Of a DNA stretch of 64,000 nt, positions 14,075-31,318 are shown piece by piece. The stretch is taken from assembly GCF_009914755.1 (NCBI RefSeq), contig NC_060936.1. One strand, given 5' to 3'. Each line of letters opens with the position of its first letter. Position 1 is the stretch's first letter. The translations under genes and the position numbers were made by a program. This DNA is from the human T2T-CHM13v2.0 reference genome, Homo sapiens. The notes below the pieces were generated by a model. The model was not told the origin of the DNA and made no database searches. It saw only the letters and a program-made list of their open reading frames with translations.

Positions 14075-14161
14075 CTCTAAGTAGTAGAAACCATGCTAAG
14101 ATGATCATTAAGTTTTTCCATATTGTTACTTGTGGCACAAAGATGTGGCTTTTTCCAAGAA
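14075..14161 (-). promoter_or_regulatory. Intron 2 GH/STAT5b element, probable ortholog of rat HS7
   Basis: Perfect TTCTTGGAA (14153-14161, gene strand) and degenerate TACTTAGAG (14075-14083). Position and flanks resemble the paired rat GHRE-1/GHRE-2 sites as I recall them. Confidence 0.7.
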
Positions 14162-15718
14162 GCCTCTCAAGGTGAGTGGCTTCACTTCTCTCAGATGCAT
14201 CTACTTTCAGCATCATGGGAAGAGTCCCTGACAGGGTGTTAGGTGAGGGGCGCTATTAAAAGGGTTGTGGAGTCATGCTGGAAGCTATAATTATAAGAAG
14301 AGCATTTTTTTTGAACCTCAGAGTAGTGGCAGGTCCATTCAACCCCATCACTTTTGGAGAAACAGTCATTTATTTTCTGACTACCCTCCTTGCCCTCCAT
14401 GGACTCTCAATTTAGTGGCTCTATATCAGTGGCAAAATTTTCCCCATCATTCTAATGATGATTTCCATTTTTTGTAGTCAGACCTTCACCTCAGCAACTG
14501 AGGAAAAAAAAAAAAAACCAAAACCCCTGTCTCTCGTTAACAAAATATAAATATTCAGTTAATGGTTGTAAAGCAGTTGAAGATGAAAAGCGCCCTCTAT
14601 TTGCAAATGATCATAAATAATGGACATAAAATAGAAGAGGAGGTAAAAGCTCAACTGAACATTTACTGCATTTTTCTCAACAAGATCTCCGCATGGAAAT
14701 CTTCCACCCTCTACATAGCCCAAAACACTGGGACTGGAAGAAGCATGTTATCATCCAGTTCTCATTTTTTTTTTTTTTTTTTGGTTGTAAAATTAGTGGG
14801 GTTTTCCTGTTCAATATTTCCATTGGAAACCTCAACAAATCCAACCCACCTGGACCTCGTGGCATTTTTCAAAAGAACAAACCTGTGATTGATCTTGCAG
14901 AGCATACCCCCACACTGCGGGAATGGGCCAGTTCTAGAAAGTATGTTATTCTACCGAATCCTATTTCTCCACCCCTCCCTTCTTTGTTGCGTTCATAGCA
15001 ATGCTGAAGGCTAAGCACCTGCAACTGTAGATGCCTTCAAGTTCTTCAGTTTTTGTGAAATCCAGGGAAAAAAATTACTCAAGTTATAGCCTTAGTGAAT
15101 TTCAAACTTCATTAGATGTCAAAACTATATTTTTAATAGTTCTAGTATAACACATTTAAGTGCAGCGATACATATAAGTCTCTGGAACTTAAGAATTTAA
15201 GATTTTTTTTAAATAGATTTCTCTTTTTCTTTTTTTTTTTTTTGCTGAGTTATATTGTCAGATAAATCTCAGTACTTACAGTTCTAGGACAAGACAGAAC
15301 CTCTAGTGCATTTTCCTTTAGTGTAGGGAACAGTCCAGTACACCCACAGAGAACCAGAGAATTTTATGTTCCCACAAATGAAAACAATACCGAACTTGCT
15401 TAGGAGTTTAAAGTGTGAAACAAGTGGTCCCATATGTTCATTATTTCCTTGGCCTTTTATTTTGCCAAACACAAAAGAAATCAATAGAGAGAAAGGAAAG
15501 ATATGATAGAAAAAAAAGGGAAGAATCAGAAAGACATGAGAAAAAAAGAAAAAAAAATCAGAAAACACTTTCTCAAAAATCATTCACAAACCCAAATTTT
15601 AAAAGTTCTTTTTTTTTTTAATCTTAGATAAATGGAATATTAATTGATTCCAGATGTCTGGGCCACAATGAAAATGCCCTGTAAAATTTGAGGGCAACAG
15701 TCATAAGAAAATACTCAC

Positions 15719-15733
15719 TGTAGGTGTAATCAT
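15719..15733 (-). CDS. IGF1: IGF1 exon 2 coding part (class 2 leader, MITPT)
   Basis: ATG ATT ACA CCT ACA|GTGAGT; phase 0, in frame with exon 3; known class 2 signal peptide start. Confidence 0.97.
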
Positions 15734-16420
15734 TTTTGTTTGTTCCAGGTCTTTTACAGCAGGTCAGGGTGGGTATTATGAGGCCGATGTGAATAGAAAA
15801 CTGAAGTCTTAAAAACATGTGCTGCTTTGTGGGTGGGGTTTGTGAAAGCATCTAGTTACATTTGGACACCCAGGCAGGTATGCTATTATGAGCCTGGGTA
15901 AACTGCCTTTTGTCCATTGAAACAATGAACAAATTGCACAGCTGGGATTTAAGTCAATCTTTTCCCCCCAGTCAAGCCACCTATTTCCATTGTATGCCTA
16001 TTGTAGCAGCCCAGATAGTGACCCAAGCTCCAGTCCACTCCCTTACTCCCTTCCCCCGACTCACTCACTTGGAAATACCTTGAGAGTCAGAGTACAATCA
16101 GCTGGTGAGCTCTGCCTCTGGGCAGGACACCTTTACCCACTGAATTACATGTGAAAGACCACGCAGCTCCCTCAAACCACTTCCTGCTTCAAGTACAGAA
16201 AAAAGTAACAACTTATTAAGAGCTCCACTTCTGAAGTGTTCAGCATACACAGCATGAAAAGTGCATTTGGAAACAATTTTCTTAACTTGTAATTAATGCA
16301 GAGATAACGCTCCACAGCCTCTTTTATGATCCCCTAAGTAAGGAGACAAAAACTCCAGCTGCTAGATCACATAGTATGTATGCACAGTGACGTCATTTCT
16401 TTGAAAGCAAGGTGGCCTGC
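15734..16420 (-). promoter_or_regulatory. IGF1: IGF1 exon 2 5'UTR and promoter 2
   Basis: Upstream of the exon 2 ATG; CACCC boxes near 15767-15775 and 15830-15839; perfect TGACGTCA at 16388-16395. Limits approximate. Confidence 0.75.
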
Positions 16421-17551
16421 ATGTGTTGGCATCTCAGGAACAGCAGAATCAGGTGCCTGACAAGGGTGTATCTTTAACTCCTGGAGCCACTTACTTGACT
16501 AGGGAAAGTCGTAGTGGTGAAGTGTTTGAAAGCAGCAACTGAATGCTGCACTAAGTGGCAGAGACGTCTTATGAATTGAGCCCTCAGGCAATTGAATCGG
16601 TGGAGCCAGTGACAGCAGCTTAAAAGCGCTTGCAAATTGAAAAAAAAACACAAGTCTTGAAGGATATAATTTTGCTGAGAATGGAAACTAGAACTACGGC
16701 CAGCAATCGGAAACGAGAAGTCGGTGCACTGACAGCAGCAGCCAGATTTACCTAAAGGGACTTCACGACACTGAATATAAAATCAGAGTTTTATAACACA
16801 GAACCCCAAGTCCAAACTTTGCCCATGAAAGTCCTCTTCTAAACAGAAAAGTTGGGCAAGCAGCTCTTAGAAAGTTTCTGCTTTCCATATACAGTATGTA
16901 TTTGTTTAAATTATACAAATATGCAAGGTCAGCAAGAGTTGTCAAGGAGTTCTTTTTTGGAAGAACAAATTACACTTTACTCTAACTTTAACACTCTCTC
17001 TGGGCATAAGTGCAGAGTTCCGGGACCTTAGCTCCAAAGATCATATTTAAAAGCTTTAATATCATCTAAAATACAACCCTTCATATATAGCATGCCTTGT
17101 AAATAAAGTCCTGATGAGTTACACACACAGAGACACATACACACAGAGACACATACACACATGCAAAAGAACATGGTCTTAAAAATAAAACATCTGCACC
17201 TGCAAAAGAAAAAAAAAAATCCCCAAGTTCATATCCATGCTCTATAGCCCTTAGCCATAGAGAGGATTTAAAGGAATCTTCTGTAATGACACCACGGAAG
17301 CCCTGCAGAAGTGGAGGATTTAGCATAAGTACCTTGCAATAGTTTCTACTCATACAGATATCTGTGCAAATGCATCCATCTCCCCGAGCTATTTTTCAGA
17401 TTCCACAGAATTGCATATTCAGCAATTTATAAATAACTCTCGGTTCCGAAACAATGAAAATTTTAAAGTGAAGAACAGTTCTAGGCAGAAGCAAACAGTA
17501 CACAATTTAAATAGAATTCCCCAATGACTTCAAAGAGTAAGAAATATTTAC

Positions 17552-17614
17552 CTTCAAGAAATCACAAAAGCAGCACTTAAATAATTGGGTTGGAAGACTG
17601 CTGATTTTTCCCAT
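17552..17614 (-). CDS. IGF1: IGF1 exon 1 coding part (class 1 leader, [21 protein letters not shown])
   Basis: 63 nt, ATG GGA AAA ATC...TTG AAG|GTAAAT; phase 0, in frame with exon 3. Confidence 0.99.
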
Positions 17615-18400
17615 TGCTTCTGAAGTACAAAGTCTGAAAATGAATTGGTTAGCAGGAATAATGAAGCAAAAAGAAATCCAGAGAGATGGGAGATGTTGAG
17701 AGCAATGTCACATTTCAATTTTGAGGACTTTATTCCATTGCGCAGGCTCTATCTGCTCTGAATTTAGCAGTGACAGTGAGATTTAGCAAACAGAAGAGGG
17801 ATTTAGAGAAAATCCTCACATTTATCTACAAAACACAGACACTGTAGACAGGAAACAGCTGGGGGAACATTTGCCTTCTCTCTCTCTCCCTCTTCTGGCA
17901 AAGTTATTGAGTAAGGACTTTTTTGGGCATGGTGACAAATAACATCATACCTTTGCATTTTAAAACTAGAGCACAGAAGCATTTTTTTCCCTTAAAAGAA
18001 TGTGTGTTAGTGACAGGGTTCGCAGACATTAAAATACTTATGCTGCCATAGAAAATAAGGATCTGTTTTCTGATTAACTTTCTGCTGGGCATGAAGACAC
18101 AAACGTCTGCTAATACACCTTACCAGTATTAAAGGAATATGGGGGATGGGAGAGCAATTTTAGATTCTAGAGCAAATGCATTATTTAAAACAAAAAAAGA
18201 AAGAAAGGACGATAAGACCCTCTCCAGCAAACTCTACAATTTTAACCCTGAAGTGACTGGGGTAAAGTAGATTGGAAGACAGCACTCGGGTGACCCCTTG
18301 TCCCAGTTGCCAAGTGAGAGGTGTGATCTCATTTCCTAGAACCTATGGAGGGGCAGGCAGCATTGGATTGGTCCCTTTAGGGCACTGTCTCATACTTTTT
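17615..18400 (-). promoter_or_regulatory. IGF1: IGF1 exon 1 5'UTR and promoter 1 (TATA-less, dispersed starts)
   Basis: Directly upstream of the exon 1 ATG. Contains the familiar UTR TTTTGTAGATAAATGTGAGGATTTTCTCTAAATCC, an HNF1-like GTTAATCAG near 18070 and a GAS motif TTCCTAGAA at 18333-18341. The upstream limit is arbitrary. Confidence 0.85.
17730..17760 (-). promoter_or_regulatory. HS3D-equivalent C/EBP element in exon 1 5'UTR
   Basis: Minus strand GAGCAGATAGAGCCTGCGCAATGGAATAA. CTGCGCAAT is C/EBP-like and matches, from memory, the rat HS3D cAMP/C/EBP-delta element. Confidence 0.8.
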
Positions 18401-18577
18401 CTCCTGCGATGAGGCAAAGACTATGCCGAGCTGTAAAACCCAACTGAAATAGAACATTTTTCTTTATTCTTCTACTAGGCTGCCTGTCACTGTCCCCTCC
18501 CCACCCCACCACTCTGGGAGAAGGGTACCTGGGGGGCAAACAATTTTCCTGTTGTTTGAATTTTCCATATAACTCAA

Positions 18578-18580
<3 letters not shown>

Positions 18581-18618
<38 letters not shown>
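18581..18618. repeat. IGF1 promoter (CA)19 microsatellite, 192-bp allele
   Basis: (TG)19 counted directly. The commonly used genotyping primer sites ACCACTCTGGGAGAAGGGTA (18508-18527) and AATAACACCAGCTGGCTAGC (18680-18699) span exactly 192 bp. Confidence 0.97.
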
Positions 18619-18622
<4 letters not shown>

Positions 18623-19279
18623 ACAGAGGGAGTCTGTGTGCCAGAGTGTGTTTTCTTTCTCTGATTTTTGTGTATTCTAAATAACACCAGCTGGCTAGCA
18701 ATACCCTCTCGAGGGTTATGATGTCATTCAAATCCCTCAACTGGGTGACTGGCCGGCAACATGGTCCAAGCCAGCTGTTTTGCTATTTATAATGTACACT
18801 TGCCTTTGCCATTGAGAATTCAGTTCTGATCTTTTGTCGATACAGTTTGTACCTATTTCCCTTTGGTTTTGTGAAGCAGTAGATAAGAAAGTGAATTATA
18901 AAATAAGGTTGCAAAAGCCCAGAGCAGACATACCTCTTTCCCTAGAGAGCTCTCCAGGCCTGGTTTCCCAGGAGTGGTGGAAATAACCTGGACCTTGAAT
19001 TTTTTCTTTTTTTTTTTTTCCGCATGACTCTCAGGGGACTGACACATCAACTGAAAACACAGTTCTGCTTGAAATCCTACTCTGGCTCTTTGTGTTATCC
19101 TGGGGCCAGAAATTTGTTTGTAGAAGTGGGTGCCCTAACAAAAAACAAACAAACCTGCTTTGTTTGGAAGGGGGTTGGGTTTGTTTGAGTCTTCTGTGTG
19201 GTTAATACATTGTAGCAATGTTTACCTTTCAGAAATCAAAGTTAGAAATCTGGAATTATGTTGTGTCAATGGTGCACTA

Positions 19280-19610
19280 TGTTCAGCAACATTTTGTGAG
19301 CTCTACTATGTGCCCAACTACAACATCCCTAGGAAAACAAAGAGGAATAAGATATGGTCAAGTCCCTTCAGGGGCTTTCAGCTGAATGTCAGAGACAAAG
19401 AGGAAAACTTCACAGTCATATGATGGGCATGTGCTCTTTTAAAAACATGAACAGTGCACAATGAGAGGGAGTGACACATTCTCTGGGAAGACAGGGGAGT
19501 AAAATCTTTTGGAAAATCCAAAATGAGGGAGGCAGATTGTGTCATGAGAGGCTTTGGGGTACCATGTTGGGAAATTTCAGTGGGTGGGATTTGACCCAAA
19601 GAGCACACTA
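19280..19610 (-). mobile_element. L2 3' fragment
   Basis: ttcagcaacattttgtgagctctactatgtgcc... is a typical reverse L2 terminus. Confidence 0.65.
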
Positions 19611-21888
19611 AGAGGTATCATCAAGAGGTGGCCTAGTAGGTGGCCCTGGATTATTCTTAATGCAGGGATTATCCACATGTGCAGATGTGTGAGTAATCCC
19701 TGCATTTAATAATAATCCGTGGCTTCCTTTAATAAGCTCTCTTTGTACACTTGATTTGTGACAAATCTTTTTCTTTTCTGCAGTTTTTGTGGATCACACC
19801 CTTTCTGAAAAATGTCTATTCTCTTACAGACTTTGAGGATGTAGATTGTATAAAACAATAGAGCTGATCTCACCTGTCTTCCAGATGAGAAAAAACCTCT
19901 TTAACCAAGTTTGGAGAGTCAGATACTGGCTGGAGTCTTGGTGCTAAGTTCTTGTTCCAACATTGGACACCATTACAGGTGAAGGCCAGGACTTTGTTTA
20001 ACCCCTTCCCACTGCAGTTTTAGCATACTTTAATTGTTCCAAGATGTCCTAGAAGCTAACTATATGTCTCCAAGTCTATCACCCATTTTGATGTTCTCTC
20101 TTGGCATGCTCGGTGCACAGATATAACCTTATCCACAAGCATTTCATATGAAAGGCTGTTTTGGGGACAGATGCTGTACTCCAGCGATATTGACACACTG
20201 ACTCACAGTCTCTCGGTTTTGTAACCCCAATTACCCTTAAAGGATAATTAGGTTTTAATTTATGTCCTAGTTTTTATGTCACAATCAAAGAAAACTGAAA
20301 TTTCAGTGAGTCGTAATTGTCATCAGCTGTGCTTTGGAAACATTCCAATGAGAGCTATCAGTTTCCAATGGGGGAAGCAATTTCCTGAGGTGATTAATGT
20401 ATATTTCAATTTGGAGAATGGTCTATATTTTTGGACAGGGTGAGCCAGCAATGGATCAGGGCAATAATTCCTAGAGAAAAGGTCATTTTCTTGGCTAATT
20501 CCAGGAGTCAATATGAAAATGAAAGAGCAATAAACATGCCACCAGATTACTTTTTAATGGCTAAGTGATGTACCTGTTTAGGAGTAAAAGAAATGAATGC
20601 ACCTATTACTACAAATCCAAGGTAGTAGTAAATCTAAAGCCCAAGAGGAGTTCAGGTTATGAAGTCCCATTGGAGAGAAACATCTAGGGTCATTATAAAA
20701 GTATGGAATGATTATGTAGTCTCCTGCCTGCAAAAATCTGACAGTGAGATATGGCCACCAAAATAGCTAACCGCAAGGATGTGCTTATCATAAGAACATC
20801 CACTCCTGGAAATTCAGAGATTCACAGTTTCACCTTTTGCATGTGTAATGCCTGTGGGATATAAATAACTCTCCCCTAAAGCCTTCTTCTTGAGTAGCAT
20901 ATTTGCATAAAGCTACAGCCTCAGAAAACTTCTGACACCTTTCGCACACACACAGAAAAAATTGTTCATTTCCTTAAAGGGTGAGCTGGCTAAGGTACAC
21001 AGAAAGCAGGGGTGGGGTGGGCAAGGAGGCCCTCCCTGTCTTCCCCCCAACTTTTTTTTTCTTCTCAAGCCATGTTCCCAGTCTTTCCTGTGTTAACTGG
21101 AGAGGCGTTCATCCAAAAGGTAATTTCATATCCATGTACAATAGGGCATATTTACAATTTATTTCATGAATGTCTTTGCTTACTCCCAAGGAAAGCTCAG
21201 AATGGACATTTGGAGGTAAGGGAATTTTGGAATCAAATAAAGGGTGAGGCTTAAGGTTCTAGGGCAACCACCAGGCAAAGAACTTGGGGGAAACTATTGG
21301 ATGTTTCTTTTGGATCATGGTTTGTGAGGAGGGTTGGTCATGGGTTGCTCAAACTAATGTTGGAGGTCAAGAACTTGTCAATTCAGAATATAAAACTCAG
21401 AGGAAAGACAGGGCCTCAAAAACTCAACATGCTGCCGAGCAAGGGGCCTAATGTCAGCTCCAAAACATCTGCTCAGAAAGATTCCTGTGATTCCCCAGGA
21501 AGATTTGCTCAAAGGAGCTGCTCTAACTCCTTAAAGAAGTGTTTCGCCCACGACTAGGGAAAACAGAAATAGGGAGGAGAAATCCTCTCACTAAAGAAAT
21601 CAATGCTTTCTTTTCAACATCAAACTTGGATCTTATTTCTTCTAAAATGTCAAAAGGACAAATACTGGAAACAGAAACGAAACTGTTGTGGTTGTGTGAG
21701 CAAAGTAATTCTTCGTTATGGCAGAGGAGAAGTCACGGCATGGGGTAAGGATGGGTTGGTGGAGTGAGAGAACTTGAGGACTCGTCACGCTTGCCCCACG
21801 TTGCATAAAATGTGGGGAAAAGAGACACCAACGCCAAACTTCAGGGGCAGGACCCACATAAATGCTTTCTTGGGGAATAAAAAAATGT

Positions 21889-21925
21889 GCGCGCCCTCTA
21901 GTGGACTTCTGAGAAACTGCCACTG
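21889..21925 (-). promoter_or_regulatory. CTCF-binding motif (core plus upstream module)
   Basis: Minus strand GGCAGTTTC-TCAGA-AGTCCACTAGAGGGCGCGC; the core CCACTAGAGGGCGC matches the CTCF consensus, with CpGs retained. Confidence 0.8.
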
Positions 21926-22424
21926 CACTCTTGACCGTGGATGCGTTCTGGCAGGAGTGGGTTTTTTTTTTGAAAGCTCTGGATTTAAATACATTTTAAG
22001 CTACACTTATCTTTAGTTTTATTAAGTCTTTTGAAATAAGTAAGATAGATGTTCAACTCACTGTAGTTTAAAAAGGGGAAGATTGATAAGGGGGAAAGAA
22101 AGATCATAAACTTCATCAGGGCATGGATGGATTCCTCATGGCCATATTCCCAGCACTTAACTCCGGGTGCATGAGCTCAAAACATTTTGTTGAATGAATG
22201 CAAGTCTGGAAAACAAATGATGATAAAGGTAAAATATAAAAATTGCACAAACTCTTTAAGAGTAAAATAACCAACCTCCTCATTTTATAAGAAAAATAAG
22301 ACCAGGAAGAGGGGCTGTTGGAGGATAGAAAAATGACTTCTCGAGAAGCAAGACAAATTTAGGTGCTCACAAAATAGAATTCAAACCCAGTCTCCTTGTC
22401 TGTTCTGCAGTATTTCTATCATGT

Positions 22425-23066
22425 TAGTTTTCAAAATGTGGGTTATAACACCCCTGGTCAAAGACGTGGCGTTAAAGAATCACTTAAGTATAGAGATGAT
22501 TCCATTTACAATTCCCTTTCTGATCCTGAATCTCCAAAGGAGAAAGTCTCAGTTTGGCGCTAGTCTGTCTTCAGTGCTTCCCTAGCACTCATTAGTCTCT
22601 CTTTATTTTATTTTTTAATTTAATTTTTAATTTTTGTGGGTATGTAGTAGGTATATATATTTATGGGACACGTGAGATATTTTGATACAGGCATGAAATG
22701 TGAAATAAACACATCATGGAGAATTGGGTATCCATCCCCTCAAACATTTATCCTTTGTGTTGCAAAAACCTCTCGTTTTAACAACCAAAAAGTGAATCTC
22801 AAGTCCAAAATCTTTCCAGACAGAAGTTCCTATTTTGTTTTTATGGAATTTGCTTTTAAGCAAAACTTCTATTTAAGGCAAATGATGCTATATTTAAAAA
22901 AGATATTTTAAAGTTTAGTTTTAAAATGTATGTATATAAGTCTTAAGAACATCAAGTCAAGAAAAACATATATATTTAAAGTAAGTAAATAATTTGACAG
23001 GTGGCCGACCGTTATGACACACAATTGTAGGTGGTGTTTGAAACCCTGATGTTTGGAAATCACTAC
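22425..23066. mobile_element. hAT-Charlie element (MER113/MER112-like) interrupted by an L1MA 3' fragment (minus, about 22605-22766)
   Basis: Charlie-type ends (tagttttcaaaatgtg / gtttggaaatcact); the insert has the L1MA 3'UTR terminus. Confidence 0.65.
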
Positions 23067-23941
23067 AATAACATGTCATTGTGTTAGAAAAACAAATACA
23101 TAGCCACAACATAAAGACAGGGAACAAAGACCCTCTACATAAAAAGATGCCACCATATAAATGCATTAATTACATTTCTAGATAATTTTGATCTCCATTA
23201 AGCTCACTCATTTTTCACTTCAGTCTTTCATAGAGACTGGAAATGTTGAAGAGGGGTTGGCAGACAGAAAAGCATCTGAGTTAGGCCTTGAAGCATGAAT
23301 TCACCACCAAGATGGAAAAACAATGATAAAGGCTATTCCAGGCAGAGGGAACAGCATGAGCAAACTTACGTAGGCATGAGAAAGTTCACAGTGATGGGGG
23401 GATGTGGGAGATGAGGCTGTGGCTGTGAGCTCAGAGTCCTACCTGTGGAACCCTTTTACCTCCCACTCCCCGTCAGTAGCCTCCTTCACACAGTTGGATG
23501 ACTTGAAAACAGTCTTAATTTCCTCATGTTCCCTTGTACACAAAGATTTGTGTGTAACTAAGTCTGTGATTAACTCTGGGAATGGCACAGTGCCTCAAGG
23601 TAAATATGTAATAGCAGACGTGGGTTACATCAGAGCCTAGGCCCACAAGAGGCAGGCCTGGGTAAGAACTGAGGTACCTATTGATCATCTATTCACCTTT
23701 CCAGATATTCCATTTGTAAAGCTTAATTGCAGTGTTTATACTTTGGGAGGTAGATTTTAATGATTACACTTGATAAAGATTTTTCACTGTAAGAGTTGAG
23801 GCAAGATCTTGTTTCTGGGGAGCAGTGAACTCTCTAGGAATGCAGGTTCATCAGAGCATCACATACTTCATGTGGGCTGATTAAGGAAGTTTTATTATGC
23901 TCCGTGAAAGCAGGGCATGGAGCCCTAGACTCAATCTTTTA

Positions 23942-24456
<515 letters not shown>

Positions 24457-24570
24457 TTAAACACCTTGCAGACACTCAGATATTCTTAGGACACCCTTTG
24501 CTCCTTTCATAATACCTTGGTGAAGACCTCAGCTTCTTTCGGAGCTCCAGATAAAATGTTAAGCCCAGTT

Positions 24571-24967
24571 GTATTAGTCATGGTTCTCCAGAGAACCAAA
24601 ATCAACAGGATGTATACAAGTATATATAGAGAGGTTTATTTTAGGGAATTGGCTCACATGATTGTGGCAGCTTGGAAAGTCAAAGTCTGCAGGGTAGACC
24701 AGCAGGCTGGAGAACCAGGGAGGGGAGCAAAGGCAGTCTGCTAGCAGAATTTCTTCTTCTGAGGAAGAGGTCAGTCTCTTTTTATTAAGGCCTTCAACTG
24801 ATTAGATGAGACCACTCGCATTATGGAGGTAATCTCCTTTGCTCAAAGTCTACTGACTTACATGTTAATCTCACCTTAAAAAGTCACAGAGACATGTACA
24901 ATGATGCTTGACAAAGTATTTGGGTACTGTGGCCTAGCTAAGTGGACACATAAAATTAACCATCGTA
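24571..24967 (-). mobile_element. MLT2 (ERVL) solo LTR
   Basis: tgtattagtcatggttctccagagaac ... gtggacacataaaattaaccatc are reverse MLT2 termini. Confidence 0.88.
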
Positions 24968-25727
24968 TCAGTGCCTCTCAAAAGGTGCGCTCACTGGTCC
25001 TCCCTCACTAAAACTGAGTAGTAATAATACTATTTTCCAAGTGGCAAAAAAGAAAACCCAAGTTAATAAATTATATTTTCCAATTCTAAGTTTTCTTACT
25101 CATTTTTCTTTCACCTGTGGCTCCTGCACTTACTGTTTCTTGATCATTGCCAAAGAGAAGTTGTGACCACTTGACTTGGCTGTGTCATTAATATTGTATG
25201 AAGATGACACTCATTGGCAACAAGAAAATAAACAGTGGGTTTTTTTTTGTCTTATTCTAGAACGCACACAGCACTCAAACACATGCAAACAAATACAAAA
25301 ATAGGCACCTGTGCTTAGTTTCTCTAGATAATAAGAAGTACACTCATTCCCTCATAAGAAAGTTAGCTGTTTAGACCAATGGAGAGAAGTTTCAAGCCTA
25401 AGGTGATATTTGAGTTGGGATGATTTCCTGCCCTTTAGCAACAATGAGAGAGAGCTTTTACAACATGTTTATGCCTCTAGAGACTGACTCTGTGCCTGAC
25501 CCTATGTGGGACTATGAACCTTTGTGTAGCATGAGGCAAGTGATTTTTAGCACCTCTAATACTTTTTTGCATTTTTTTTTTTTACCTTAAGCAGGTATTT
25601 TACAGTCAGGAAAAGTCTCCCAAAACAATGATTGGAAACATGATTGATAGGTGCTCTTTGTACCATCTGTTCTTAGTGTTGACTGAAAATGTAGCATATA
25701 CATGTGTGTTTATGTGGATGTGTATTT

Positions 25728-31318
<5,591 letters not shown>

